A stretch of 62,091 bases of DNA, filler included, from Sphacelaria rigidula (GCA_964200075.2; 7 parts of 7 records of this genome joined end to end with filler, not necessarily neighbours in it); one strand, 5' to 3'; positions 35,542-48,766 are shown, counted from the first letter of the whole stretch. Numbers and translations: made by a program. The notes: a model not told the origin generated them from the sequence alone.

Positions 35542-36985
35542 TGTACTGATAGGACCCAGTAAACTGGCTGCTCTCCGCAGCCAGTTTACCTGGTACTGGC
35601 GCGTAGCGCCAGTCCCCAACCCTATGGAATTGGCGTGGCAACGGTATATAATTGTGTTGCACCAAATATGCCCTAATAGCATGTAAGCTACTTCGCTTGC
35701 CATGAAAATTGACCTAGGCCAAACATGAGATTTGACCCGAAACAGGCGAGGCTTCCTCGGAGGGAAGACTTGATGCTGGGTCATACAACGACTAAAGCCT
35801 GTCAACGCCACCACCCGCGGTTGCCACGTAACATTCACAGTTCCCCTAAACTGGGCGCAATCCGCGGTAGTTTATGGTAGTTGTCGACGGCCAAGCTTTT
35901 GTGCATGCTAGAGTCGTCTCGGCAAGCCCCACCGTTACATCATTTTCCTTCGCTCCGGGTCATTCGATGCCCTCGGCCATCAAATGGATATTTGTCGTAT
36001 TGTTCCTCAGAGGTTGTGCGAAGTAACGGAATGCGTGCGTGTACCGCTCCTCCCTTTTCGAAGACGGGAATCACACCCTCTGCTGTGTCGGCCCTGCAGC
36101 AGGACTTGTGCTTTTCCTGGGCATGACACCATGATCGCGCGTGTTCGCTCGTCCTCTGATGCACTATTCTCTGTTGTGTATCGACTCAGCTCGCCGGTGG
36201 GGGGAATGTGGTTCAGACCGCTCAGGCTATATATATATCGTCGACGCGAAATTATTGTTTCTGTAGGCTCTGTCGTAGACTTCTTTTTGCTTGCCATTTC
36301 CCCGCCCTGATTCCACGTGACGCCTACAGGAAGTCGTGAGTTTACGACCAGCTTGCTTGTTTCTTCGCCATTTATGCAAGTTTGATGTGTGTTCAAACTA
36401 CGTGCAAATTGAGGTCCCTGACCTACTGCAGATTATGCCTTCACGCCGACGAGGTTTAAATTACGGTGCAAATCATAAGGCTACCCAAATAAGTATATAA
36501 GTGCAGCCTTACCCTCCCCACGTACTGCACATGGATCACCCGCCGATGCCAAGCTGTGGCTTGTCTTTTGACTACGTTGAGGACACTATGAATACGATCG
36601 CGAGGTTGAAAAAAAGGATTTTCGTCGCGGATGACCGGCCATGCGTTTCCTAGACGTTTACGCATTTGTCTGCAAACACAGGTCTCAGTGAATAGCGTAA
36701 CTTCTTCAGGTAGTCCCAAAACAAGAGGTAGTCCCGGGGTTCGATCCTCCCCATGATCGTCCTTCGCCGATATACTTTGCGGTCAAAGAAGGGCCAGAAT
36801 AATCACAAAATAACCCACAGATTATCCACGTTGATTACAGGGACAACGACCTCGAGTGGAAACGGGGGATTCTATTCAAGCAGCTTGGACGGACACCGGG
36901 ATTAAATATTGTGCCGATGTCACAATAACCACTGAGCTACTCAGTCAGCACTGACTGCTCAGTGGTTATTGTGATATCTCAACAG

Positions 36986-37183
36986 GTGTATCGAGCCCAC
37001 TGCGACCAGCACGAGAACTTTAGCTTGCTCTATACTCGCGATAGGAGTACCTCACTGACCATCTCGCCACTCGAAGAATATCGTGGTTGTCTTGAGCGGT
37101 GCGTTTCGGTTCCTGCATCCTGCTATACTTCCCCAAGCTGTGCAAACTGTTCGTTGGATGGTCAGACTGTGCTGACAGCGTAG
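36986..37183 (+). CDS. Candidate terminal exon, unknown Cys-rich product
   Basis: CAACAG acceptor, then VYRAHCDQHENFSLLY..CANCSLDGQTVLTA*. Confidence 0.3.
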   Translation: MYRAHCDQHENFSLLYTRDRSTSLTISPLEEYRGCLERCVSVPASCYTSPSCANCSLDGQTVLTA

Positions 37184-38194
37184 TCACCCACCCCAGCACT
37201 ATCGCAGCGGCTCTGGATCGTGGGTCCGGTGGTATACCACATCTAAAACGGCGATAGGGTCTGTCGCGGCTGTCGCATAGTGTTGCTTTAGCACTGGTCC
37301 AAAAATGATTGCATCTCGCCGTCAATGGTGCCGTTTTCGCGAATGACAGGCGTTGATGATGTCATTCGATGCCCTCGTGCGTTCGCGCACATCACTGATG
37401 CCTCCGAAGAAACTGAAGACGTAACACTCCACTCGAACGGGGCGAGATAACTAGGCTATTGTCGATGGATGGCTCAGGCGGGGTCTTATCAGCGGTGACT
37501 ATCACTTTTCAAGCAATCACTTCTGTAAAATACGACCGATGACTGGTCGCTGCGATACCACCCCCCGAAAAAAAGAAGAAAAAACATGTCAAAAATTCAC
37601 TAATGCAACACTGATTTTGTGACACCTCGAACGGGATCATGAAGCATCCCGTTGACAGGGGCATAACCGAAGGCTTGACAGACAAGTCAACACAATCAAA
37701 CGTGAAGCTGAGGAAATCATTGCCTTCCCAAACCAAAACACACCGCTCCATTCATTGCTGCTCATCAGCTGAGCATACTGTGCGTGACCTTGCTCAAATC
37801 GGTTCAGAATTCGGTGAGAAATGATGATTTGCGTGAGACACGCGCACAGCACACGCTCAAAAACAGTCAGCAACAGCACGTTTTCGATTGCTATTTGACA
37901 CACACGCGGGCGGCCGCTTCTCATCAAATACTAAACGGATTTCCGTCAAACAAAGACTGTCGTGTGTAGATGGTAAAGAGCTAGCGCTTGAGCTAATGCG
38001 CGTGAGTGGTGGGTGTCTATGCGTCGGTTTTCGTGGCTCGGTGTGTTGGTGCTATGTTACCTCGTTGCGTCTTGTCCGCAGTAGTACAGAGATATTGGAC
38101 TAACCGCCACTTCCAGAACCGCCGCATTTTTCACTGTGTGCAGATTTGGGCTTCGATCTGGACAGAAGTGCTTGTCGATAAGACGCAGCAACTG

Positions 38195-39796
38195 CACCCG
38201 CCGTATTTACGCCGGCGCTGGCAAAAAAACAGAACCTGCCAGCAGTCTAGAACCAGTCCCGCATCGAATTTGTGCAGACCCGCCGGTCTCACCAACACCA
38301 TTTTCGAATCCGCCCGAGCACGACATAGCCGGCACACCATTTTTGAAGCCACCCACCCAAAACAGAGCAGGCACATAAGGCATACCACAGCACGCACACC
38401 CACAACACAGCTCACACGCACACATGCACCGACGAACCACCACTAGCTAGCCGCAAAAGCTACAGCAGCAGCAGTACTGTAGTACGGAAATCGCCGTTGA
38501 ACTTATCGCACACGCTTCACGCGCCTCGCAGGCAACGGAACCATCACGTCGTACTCTTGGATGTTTGGATCAATGTTTGTAGTGAAGGTATATTCCAGAG
38601 ATAGTACAGGCAACTGAAGAACGCACTCTTGTGTGTTAGGATCAATTGTTGTGTGCTTGTATCAATTGTTGCTAGTATTTAGTACAGACAGTACCGCGTA
38701 GCATTGCCCCCAATCGCAGACAGTAAGTAGCAGTAGACAGTACCGTGCGCTATACAGACAATACTGTTGTGCGGGACGGTGGCATTTCATGCACTGAAAG
38801 CCGTGCCGTGAGCACACGTAGCTTCTACCATCAGGACGACCGCAGATGGTTTGCTGATGTCGCCATCTAAAGGGTTTCCAAGACTGCTCTTGTTGTCCCC
38901 GACCACCAATACACCAACAGAATGAACGCGACGAAGGACAGAGAGACAACGGCGAACACACCCAGAGTATAAAATATATCTTCACGACAAACATTTGATC
39001 TGAACACACAAGAGTACGTGATCGTTCCGTTGCCTACTAGGCGCGTGAAGCGTGTGCGATAATTTCAACGGCGGTCTCCGTACTACAGTACTGCTGCTGC
39101 TGTTGCCTTTGCGGCTAGCTAGTGGTGGTTCGCCAGTGTATGTGTGCGTAGCTGTGTTGTGGGTGTGCGTGCTGTGGCATGCCCTATGTGCCTGCTCTGT
39201 TTTGGGTGGGTGGGTTCAAAAATGGTGTGCCGGCTATGTTGTGCGCGAGCGGATACATTTTGTTCGCCGTTGTCTCTCTATCCTTCGTCGCGTTCATTGT
39301 GTTGGTGTATTGGTGGTCGGGGACAACAAGAGCAGTCTTGAAAAGCCTTTCGATGGCGACATCAGCAAACCATCTGCCTGCTGTCGTCCTGTTGGTAAAA
39401 GTTACTTGTGCTCACGGCACGGCTTTCAGTACATAAAATGCCACCGCCCCGCACAGTGTTTCTATAGCGCGTGAAGCGTGTGCGATAAGTTCAACGGCGA
39501 TTTCCGTATTACAGTACTGCTGCTGCTGTAGCTTTTGCGGCTAGCTAGTGGTGGTTCGTCGGTGCATGTGTGCATGTGAGCTGTGTTGTGGGTGTGCGTG
39601 CTGTGGTATGCTCCATGTGTCTGCTCTGTTTTGGGTGGGTGGCTTCAAAAATGGTGTGCCGGCTATGTCGTGCGCGGGCGGACTCGAAAATGGTGTTGGT
39701 GGGACCGGCGGGTCTGCACAAATTCGATGTGGGACTGGTTCTAGACTGCTGGCAGGTTCTGTTTTTTTGCCAGCGCTAGCGTAAATACGGCGGGTG
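38195..39796. mobile_element. 1.6-kb modular foldback element with long TIRs
   Basis: 38195-~38525 is inverted at ~39467-39796; inner modules also inverted; imperfect flanking repeats GCAGCAACTG / GCAGCGCTG. Confidence 0.8.
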
Positions 39797-39924
39797 GCAG
39801 CGCTGGTCGTTGTAGGGGCAATCACTTCTGCAAAAGTGATCTTTAAAAAGTGATATTCACTTCCGATAGGACCCCGCCTCAACAATAGCACCGTGTCGCA
39901 TCCCGTCTCTTCACTTGCCTGCAG

Positions 39925-40827
39925 GTGTACTGTGTCCAGTGTAAGGCGTACTGCATAACTCCGGAGGAGGCGAAATCAGTCACCAACAAGGCCGGCAACA
40001 AGCATCAAGGTGCCGCTTCCCAGTTCACCGAGTCAGACAGCTCTCAACGAAGGCAACAAGTGGAGCAGCAGTCCAAGTCACCACCAAACCCAACGACAAA
40101 CACCGCGCCGCCTAAGGCCATGGAGTCTCCGAAAACTCAGATGTTCAAGTCATCCTCGACCTCTGCGACAGCTGCGAAATCATCGGATGAATGTCGGGCA
40201 GGTGCCGAAGAGCGCATGGGGGAAAAGCTTCTGCTGGGATGGACAATGCTTGCAGATATGTGCCCCACCCCGAGCTGTAACTTTCCGCTGCTGCGAGACC
40301 GGGACAGTAACCGCGTGTGTGTTTCCTGCGGCAATGGTGGTAACCCTTTGTCACCTACACAGCAGGCGACAGTAGACGCACCCGCAACGAAGGAAGGAAC
40401 CCACCTCAATAATGCTAACGGCTCAACACGCCGCGATTCCAAGCCATTAGTATCGGATACCCATGCGTCCATCGACCCCGAGAGACAAGCGGGTGTTGAC
40501 GACAGTGAAGATCCGATACTCTCGGAAGATGAGTTTGCCCTCGTCCGCGAACGACGCGATAAACTAAGCGCCGCTATCGCGCGGTTCTTGCTGCAAGGGT
40601 GGAAACTACTGGATGAGCACTGCACTGGTGATGGCTGCGGCCACGAGGCGCCGTTGCTGAAGGAACGAAGCACCGGTAGGCTGTACTGCGCCGCGTGCGA
40701 AACGTACTCGGGGGAGGAAGGGAATCAGGGGTTGACGCGTAGATATTCGAATCTAGCGGCTGAGGAAAATCGGAGCGTGCCGACGCAGAGAACAGCGAAT
40801 TTGGCCGCCGAGGTTTCCCCGGTGCAG
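39925..40827 (+). CDS. SSSCA1/ZNRD2-like (Auto_anti-p27) zinc-ribbon repeat protein, internal exon
   Basis: CTGCAG acceptor; MGEKLLLGWTMLADMCPTPSCNFPLLRDRDSNRVCVSC and LLQGWKLLDEHC..C..PLLKER..YCAAC; CAG|GTGAGT donor, phase 0. Confidence 0.85.
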
Positions 40828-41612
40828 GTGAGTTGTTTACGGATGTCATGCGCTGTATCCTCTGCATGTTCGCTGGGTGTACTCTTCGGACTTGAGTTTT
40901 TAGTGCCAAAATTTACGCTGCTTGTGCCACTGTTCAGTTGAAATCGGTTTGCGTCCCGGCTTGGCTGTGAAGCTTATTTTTGCATGTCTACGATAACGGC
41001 ACTGTTGGATTATTTTTACACGAACGTATCCGAGTAGGCTACTAGCATAAGAATATATAGACCCTGGAAAGCTTGCCATTTTCGGAGACTGTGAAGTATG
41101 GGTTACAGAGGTCAGCGATATTTTACAAGCGCATGGAGAATCTAGATATGATTATTTCTTTTACAAAGGGTATTTAGCGGCCAGAAAAGTTTCAAGAGTG
41201 GCTATGGTCGACATATAGTGGCTAAACAAGGTTGCGCCCTAGAAAATTAACAAACACGTGTACCTTGCTGTCTTGGGGCCAGTATAGGGAACGGAGCAGC
41301 TCTAGTGGATGAATCTTTGAACATCACCCCACCTGCTTTATTTTGCGTTTTCCTTGCGATAAATGTGAAAAAATGAAGCAACACTGCGTGCTCTCGGCAA
41401 AAATGAGTAAAATCTCACCAACTTCACGTCTTTTTTGCGCTGCGAAGTAGCTCGATTACCAGGGTACCCCAATGGGTTGTAAACGACCGGGTTTGCCTTT
41501 TCCTGGCTACTGCCTATCCCGAATACGTGTTGGGCGTGCGTAGTGCACGCCATCACCGATTCATGCTCTTCGATATTCCTCATGCTTGACGTGCATCGTT
41601 GGGTTATGCCAG

Positions 41613-42308
41613 GTTGAGAGCCAGTATGAGGTAGCAGAGAGAGCCAGGCTTCGCAAGCAAGCCGCGAGGGAGCAGGCAAGTGACCGCACAGGGGCAAGCA
41701 CCGGTTTGGGGGAGCGGCTACTGCAAGGCTGGACAATGCTGAGCGTTTCTTGCCCCACCCGCGACTGCAACACCCCTCTAATGCGCGACAGACAAGGGGT
41801 GATATCATGCGTGAGTTGCGGTACGACGACGGTCACGGGCAGTACGACGGAAAATGTGGTGCAGGCGGCAGGCGAAGCCGTGGAGAATGATCATGACGGT
41901 AAAGCTGACAGGGACCGGAATATGGTGGAAGACGGTCAAGTGGTTGAAGCGTGCAGAAATATACTGGAGGATGATGATATTGCCGCGGAACGGATATACA
42001 CAAAGCGCCGGATAGCAGAATTGACGGGGTCAGGTTTTCGAGCAGCAAGGAATACCGCTGAGAACGCGGCGACCGTACCAGAGGCTGGGTGGGAGGGTTG
42101 GACTTCGAGCGAACATGTGCGGATTAGGGCAAAAGCGCTTGACACGGTATACCGGGCCATTGATATGTCGGAGCGGCGGTTGCATAGTTGTACGAATGGA
42201 AGCGCAACATCGGTGGATCTCGAGGAAACTTCACGGCAGGCCGATCTGCTTGTTAAGCTCGCGACGGCAGCTCGAGCACTGGTCGACTTGCAAAAGTCAA
42301 ATATCTGA
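41613..42308 (+). CDS. SSSCA1/ZNRD2-like zinc-ribbon repeat protein, last exon
   Basis: CCAG acceptor, phase 0; LGERLLQGWTMLSVSCPTRDCNTPLMRDRQGVISCVSC; helical C-terminus; TGA stop. Confidence 0.85.
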   Translation, partial: VESQYEVAERARLRKQAAREQASDRTGASTGLGERLLQGWTMLSVSCPTRDCNTPLMRDRQGVISCVSCGTTTVTGSTTENVVQAAGEAVENDHDGKADRDRNMVEDGQVVEACRNILEDDDIAAERIYTKRRIAELTGSGFRAARNTAENAATVPEAGWEGWTSSEHVRIRAKALDTVYRAIDMSERRLHSCTNGSATSVDLEETSRQADLLVKLATAARALVDLQKSNI

Positions 42309-43315
42309 AGTACGAAGTAAGGATTTCTCTGCTTGCACCAAAAGAGGCCAGCGGTGATCACAGCACTCTGAAGTGGTTCTAGATGACGATCCCATTGCAT
42401 GTACCGGGGGCGTAACGTCGGATTTAAGCGATATCTATACTTGTTTTTTTTTTCTCGTGGCGAACGCAGCGATCTATTTATTTTTTTCCCTGATCATCTC
42501 GGGTGCAGAAAATTTCCGTACGTGGCACGGCCTGATGAAGCGTTGTGAGGCGCATTTTCATAGGCGCTCGGCGTTTCGCGGGTGGTACGAGCGGTCTCTC
42601 AGATGAGGATGAATAAGTTGTCGAGTCTTTGATTCGAAATGACATAGCTCGAATCTCTACTAAGTTGCTGACAGTGGTGGTGCAAATAGTCGCGTCAGAC
42701 ACTTGATGCTGTACTGTTGGCGGTAACGTTGCAGAGTTCACTCTCACACCGGACCAACTTGATGTTTGCGCGCTGCCTGGTGGGGGGATATATACCTCCC
42801 CGAGAGCGAGGGGGACGGACTGCGTGGTGGATTGTTTCATGTGGCGCGTGCTTCACAATGCTGTATACGGTGGGCTGAAGCGGGTTTGGGATCTACTTCG
42901 AGCGTCATCTTGACCATTTCCAAGTAGAATCTTCACCAAGATATCCAACGAACATGATGTATTTTTACGGCCGGCCCTCCTGCCGCACCAATCCGAAGAT
43001 GTCTGGGGTGAGGTGGGGTACAAAGTAGGGTAGTCTGTGGTATCGATGCTCCATGTGCCCTAAACTTCTGGGTGGACTTGACTGTTGATGCCCTGGGTAG
43101 GTACGTGTGGCTGTTAATAACCTGGGTATAGTGGATTGGGGAGTATTTCGGCGAGTCGATATCCTTCGTATCGTGAAGTACTGGCTACTCCAAATACCCT
43201 GAAAATCTACGGCACTCCACGGTACGTACACGAGATTTTCCTACTCTGCGCGGTAGTCATCGTCAAGCCTGTGGTGCCGTCGCATATCGCGACATGAACC
43301 CTACCCTACCGTCCC

Positions 43316-43561
43316 CTACATTCTACCGACGAAAGGCATGGAATCTCGCTGATGATTCTGCCACTCAGTCAAGCAGCTATTTTCCGTGATGCAGCTGCAC
43401 TCCGCCGTGCCCTCCTGTTCGGCAAAGAAGCCGTCAGGGCACCGGATGCAATCTGCTTCTGCAGAGGCCCCAGTGGTGTTCTGGTAAGTGTTGGCCGGGC
43501 ACAATGTGCAGTCTTCGGCCCCACGACCTTTTCCTCGCTCCCGATATCTTCCCTTCGGACA
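43316..43561 (-). CDS. Cys-rich GCC2/GCC3 (ephrin-receptor-like) repeat protein, last exon
   Basis: GAGCAG acceptor; CPKGRYR..DCTLCPANTYQNTTGA..DCIRCPDGFF..; TAG stop. Confidence 0.75.
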   Translation of the reverse strand, partial: CPKGRYRERGKGRGAEDCTLCPANTYQNTTGASAEADCIRCPDGFFAEQEGTAECSCITENSCLTEWQNHQRDSMPFVGRM

Positions 43562-44040
43562 CTGCTCAATTCATTCACGGCAGAAGCGTACAGTTGGCAG
43601 CTTTGTGGAGGTGAAAATGTTATTTAGACACATGTAGGCCTCAGGGACAAGAACAGCGACTAGGGATTCGGCGGCGTGATCTCGCCCTGCGGCTGAGTGT
43701 GAAGCGGGTTGGGCACCATCAAGTCAATGCAGAGCGAGTGTTGTTCCGGCGGCAACACTTGCAAGAAAAAAATGTACATGAGAGGAACGTTGGGAGGATG
43801 CTGAAGTCGATGCTAGTTTGTGTGTGAATTTGTACACGTTGGATACCCCCATCTTTTCGAAACAAGGAGTCAGTCACATGACTGAATAAATTGCCCCCCA
43901 AAATAATTCCCACGTTCAACTGTATTATAAAGAAGTGCGCGCCATTGGGACCCCCGACCGTTTCGGAAAGTTTCACCTTTGACCATAGGGCAACCAAGGT
44001 TTTCATGTTCTCATCCGAGACCTCGATGTAACTCCCTCAC

Positions 44041-44184
44041 CTCTTGGCAAGACGTAACCATATCATATGATGTGTTCCGATAGGTGCCTGCCGTACACTC
44101 CGACATCAAGCCATCCACACACGAGTAGCCAGGCTGGCACCGCAGAACCGCAATGTCGCATCCATCTCGGCACTCCAACCGTGC
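44041..44184 (-). CDS. Cys-rich GCC2/GCC3 repeat protein, penultimate exon
   Basis: ACACAG acceptor; CQPGYSCVDGLMSECTAGTYRN..SCQE; GAG|GTGAGG donor in phase with the next exon. Confidence 0.75.
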
Positions 44185-44250
44185 CTGTGTGGCGAGTATG
44201 GCGCAACAAATGAGGAAGGGCATCCCTCTACTCTTGTGTTGGTGCTATAC

Positions 44251-44325
44251 GGTCGCCCCGGTGGCTCAGTTGGTAACCTCGTAACCTTCTGATGGTTGAG
44301 TAGGGGGGTTCGGTTTCCGGAGTGG
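44251..44325 (+). mobile_element. tRNA-derived SINE head (truncated at contig end)
   Basis: GGTCGCCCCGGTGGCTCAGTTGGTAACCTCG identical to the start of the 58420 element. Confidence 0.7.
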
Positions 44326-44425
44326 NNNNNNNNNNNNNNNNNNNNNNNNNNNNNNNNNNNNNNNNNNNNTTAATTAATTAANNNNNNNNNNNNNNNNNNN
44401 NNNNNNNNNNNNNNNNNNNNNNNNN
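44326..44425. other. Artificial contig-joining spacer
   Basis: Same linker. Confidence 0.98.
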
Positions 44426-46645
44426 CGTATCGGTAGGGTATCAGATGTCCCAAATACCGGTACCGGGTACCTACCTTACCTACGGTGCCTGTGATCTCAT
44501 CCCATCCTGTTCGATTCTATCCCGTCTTCTCCCGGACGATAGCATAGTACGGCAGCACACTCATGAAATGGATGTAATGCGGATGGCATGAGCAGCCAGG
44601 GGGTTTCAGTAGCGTGATATATCATTCATATTATGGAACATAACAGCGACCGTTTTTCAGGTGCCATTTCGTGTACTGGTGTTCTTCTGCAGTACTGGTG
44701 TTATTTTGCCAGTCTTACGCCAAAAAAAAAGAAAGCAAGTCAACTGCCAAGATTCCCGCATACAAAAATCATACGCACCTCATGTATCTTGCGACGGTTC
44801 AACAGGGTATATAGTACTGTATTTTCAGTACGAATCAAGGGTCATTTTGCTTGTGGATTTCTCCGCCGTGTCTGTATTAACCAGCCTGAAACTTGGCACA
44901 GAGGTAGACCACAACACAGACAGCATATTCCCGGAGCGGCGGCACGTATTACGTTGTGCGCTAGAAGCACGAAGCAAAATACGGATTTTGGGCAATGCCA
45001 TCGATACGCCCTCAAAACGTAGTCCCTTTGGCCTAGACTGCGTGAGGCGTCAGTGGATGCATATGTTGACACGCAGATACGCTCACTTCCTGCTGGGTGG
45101 CTCCTGCCCCGGCAAACGAACACATCGATCTGTATTGCGCACACTCTGGATGATATCATTCTACGCGGTACCTATCTTGGTATCGCCTATAGAGGTGCTC
45201 ACTTCAGGAGACACGGTCGTCGTGCAAGCGCTGTTAGTGCTTTCACGTGCTGAAACTTCGACCACATGTCATGTAGATTACAGACAACAACCCCATTTTG
45301 CTGAATCTGGGATTGCGCGGTGTGTGCGTGCGTATTGGGGCGAAAAGATGTCGGATTCTGTTCCGATTTTTTTCTTTTGGCGTAAGACTTCTGCAGGCTG
45401 GAACGAACATGAGGTAGATTTGTGACACAAACATGCAGACATGCCTGAACAGTACATTACACTGGATCGACCCTGTTGAACAGTATATGGTAAAGCTACG
45501 CGGAGTGTAATACAAAAAATGTACCCTTCCGTACGTTGTGATGCAAGGTCCCCTTTACACTCGAGCCAAACTTACCTCATGGCGCGTGTCCAAGGAGTAG
45601 AAGTTGGTTGAGTGCCTTAGCTCACAAGCTGTACTCACTCCACAAGCGGTAGTACCGGCACAGTGCTCGGTGTAAGAATCGCCGGGTTAACCCCTTGCAC
45701 ACAGGGCGAGAGGCCTGTCGAAGCTTGCGCATATAATGAAAAACTTGTCGCGCGTGCTCTCTTCTCCCACTGCTGCTGCTACGTTGTCTGCTACGTGCAC
45801 CTCGACTCCAATGACCGCACGCGTTGATCAGTACGATACTGTATTTCAAAGATTCTCCGCGGGATGTCGTGAGGAGATATCTGATGCGCTATGACTACGC
45901 CGTACGGCACTGGTTGTCCTTGCTGTTGAGTTTTTTTTTGTTTTTACATCCTAGGAGACGGGCAGGGACCTTGCCATGTACTTCGCTGTTTCTAGATTTG
46001 TGCAGCGCGTTTAACCGCCTTGGTGGTTGTGATCCACTCCTCCGTGATGCTGGTGAGCTTTTGTGGGGAAGTTCAATTGTGACTACAGACCAGCCGCAAA
46101 CAGTACAGAGCACCGGTGGGTGACGGGGTATAACACCCGGTAGTCTGGTTTTCATGCACGCACTTATTGACGCGTTTCCTCCTCTTTCGAGATGAATCCA
46201 CCCGGAAGAGGTCGTCTATTGCGTTACTCATGAAAATAATCTCTCTTCTGGCGCGTGTCTCGCACATTAGTATCCAGCATTGGGTAAGCTAAAGGGTGCA
46301 ACACAGCCCAGCTGTCGGAAGACAAAGGCAAGGCGATTGATATCTGTAAGAAAGCCCCTAGATGTACACTATGTATATAATATCCCCTGACCCCCGTAAA
46401 CACGCTCCCATTTTTCTTGGCGTCGCAGGGTATAGTGCCGTACAGGCACCTCTAGCGCTTCCTGGTCCAACTGAGCGTATACCCAACAACACCCGAATAA
46501 TATCATTGGCCCATCAACTAGTGCTAGGATCACGTGGCGTGTCGGCGTCGTTGGTGGGCGTTGGCATATCGCACTAGTTCAGGTCAAGAAGCTAAAGGAA
46601 TTACGTCCCTAGCTACCGCAATTTACTGACCAGCAGCACTTCACG

Positions 46646-46778
46646 ATGGCGGGGCGGGGGCGGGGCATGACCCTGCCGGCATGGATGACGAAGGACGGGG
46701 TTGGCGGGGGAGACCCAGCGATGGCTGCGATGCCTCAAATGCCTGGAGGGCTGAACGGAGCGGATGCATCGCAGAATC
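46646..46778 (+). CDS. U2AF65-like RS-domain splicing factor, exon 1
   Basis: MAGRGRGMTLPAWMTKDG..; C|GTGAG donor, phase 1, compatible with exon 48925. Confidence 0.65.
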
Positions 46779-48766
46779 GTGAGAAATATGTGTTTGAATG
46801 TGTACTGTTACCCCAAGTTGTTGTGGTGTTTGGCTTGGTCGTTGATCCGCTGGGTGGTCATCTTATTTCGATCTTGCTCACGCAGCCCGGGAGGTGCTTT
46901 CCGTCTGTAGTTGGCGCCCATTTAGTTGATTGCCCAGTAGCCTTCGTGTTGCTTGTCGTGAGCGTAGGTGCTGAGCACCTAGTGCCTTTCGTTTTCTTTA
47001 CTTCGCACATAAGCATTCTCAAGTGCTTCTGGGTTTCATCCATGTATTGGGATTGGCTCCACAAATCCACTCCAAATCACACATTTCTAAAGACATACGA
47101 AAGTTCCATCCTTCTCTGTACTGGCCATCATCATCTGTCCTGGTGTTTATGTGGTGCGGGATGGATGCTTGCATCCGCTATCGTGTTGGTTCCTAATAGC
47201 CTATCCGACCCCTCAATCCACTCTGACGGCTACTGAATGCGGTAGAGTATCTGAAAGCCCAAGTTTCATGTACAGCAAACACTTTGTTGCAGGGAATTTT
47301 TCGAGTTTCACGAGGTTCTCCCCCATGAAGTATCAACTTTGAGCTCCCATCCCCTATTAACCTGAACATATTGTCCTCTCGCAGACGCCGTCGGCAGTTG
47401 TCCTGGTAACATGTATATTCCCACTCAATGACGCATTACGAGGTGTCGGGGCGTCTACAAGTGGAATCAGCGATGCTCGCTCATGTATTATCTGTTCTAG
47501 CCGAAAGCGGGGGGGCACCAGCTGTTGGCCACTCGAACATTTGGTTTCCCACATCACTACACCTACTATCCGCAACTGCCGGATGTGCAGACCGTCTAGT
47601 CCGTACATTCAATACAGCAGCGCCAACCTTGTAGCATGGTAAGATATAGCTGACTGCTTGGATGGTGTGGAGAACAAAAAATGCAGCATCCACCCGCCGG
47701 GAACGGAGCAGGTATCGTCATGCTTTCTTTTTGCACCGAATGGCTCCCCAGTGTTTCGCTGGTGATAAGGTCACCTTAGTTACCACCCCTTACGAAAGCA
47801 AGGTACGGTGGAGTCAACAAACTCGATCAAGCATATAGACACCAAAGCACGGATACATCTGTGCAGAATTTTTTCGGAGGTGCGCCATCAAAGAACTTTG
47901 ACGCAATTTCACCGACTACAGCGCACACAATGACGATGGATGTCTCTTTGAAATCACCAATACAGTAGCAGATGTACGTATCGGTCCAAGTCCGAAGTCG
48001 TTTTCTATTCTTCCCGCCCCCAGACGCGATCGTAGATAACTCACAATGTACTGTACTAAACATAACGCAACTTGTCCACAGATGCCAGTACCACTCACAG
48101 GCAGCCATGATTTTGGCTAAATTTGTGCTCATACTTGATACTTGGGTGGTCATGCCTTCGACTTCACCTCTGATCATAATTTCATGGCAATTACATATTA
48201 CAGCAGCATTGACAAGCATCGGTAGCTGTTTGTCTTAGCTACACAGCGCGTGTGGAGTTGTCTCAGTTGGTCTTGTTCTGGGAGATGGGAGGTACATGCT
48301 CAACTACGTGCACGGTGGTTGTTAGCATAATCAAGTGAGGTGAGAGTTGGGCCAAGTTTTACGACACCTTTTCGGACTTCAACCCAGGTGTTGAATCCGC
48401 CAAATATTTTCCACTAGAAAACTGATGATCTTGAGATTATGTGCGTTGGATTCAGGGCGTCAGAAGTGCCGTATGACGAGAGTAGCGGTCTCTAGCAACA
48501 CCATGGGGCTTAGTCGCGCGGGGGGCGGTGGTGAATACAAACTCCTTCACCCGATTTTGCCACGAAACTCGTGTACACTTCGCTCCTGATCTGTGATGAA
48601 ATTTTATCGCTTCCATAGTCATACTTGCCGTGTGCTGCAGCTTGTCCTGGAGGACTGGGGATCAAGTGTGCGAGATCCAGCTTGAGAAAGTGCGATCTCT
48701 GCCGTCTTCTACGAAGTACAGAGGCGTTTATACGAGTAAATAAAATAAAAAATAACTGACAGGTGA

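Noticed and set aside
38006-39891. Multiple similar ORFs (MVVRRCMCACELCC.., ..PTQNRA..)
   Set aside because: They are translations of the inverted-repeat arms with no splice or domain support.
44661-45425. 254-aa ORF
   Set aside because: Non-ATG start, no motif, repeat-like context; probably chance.
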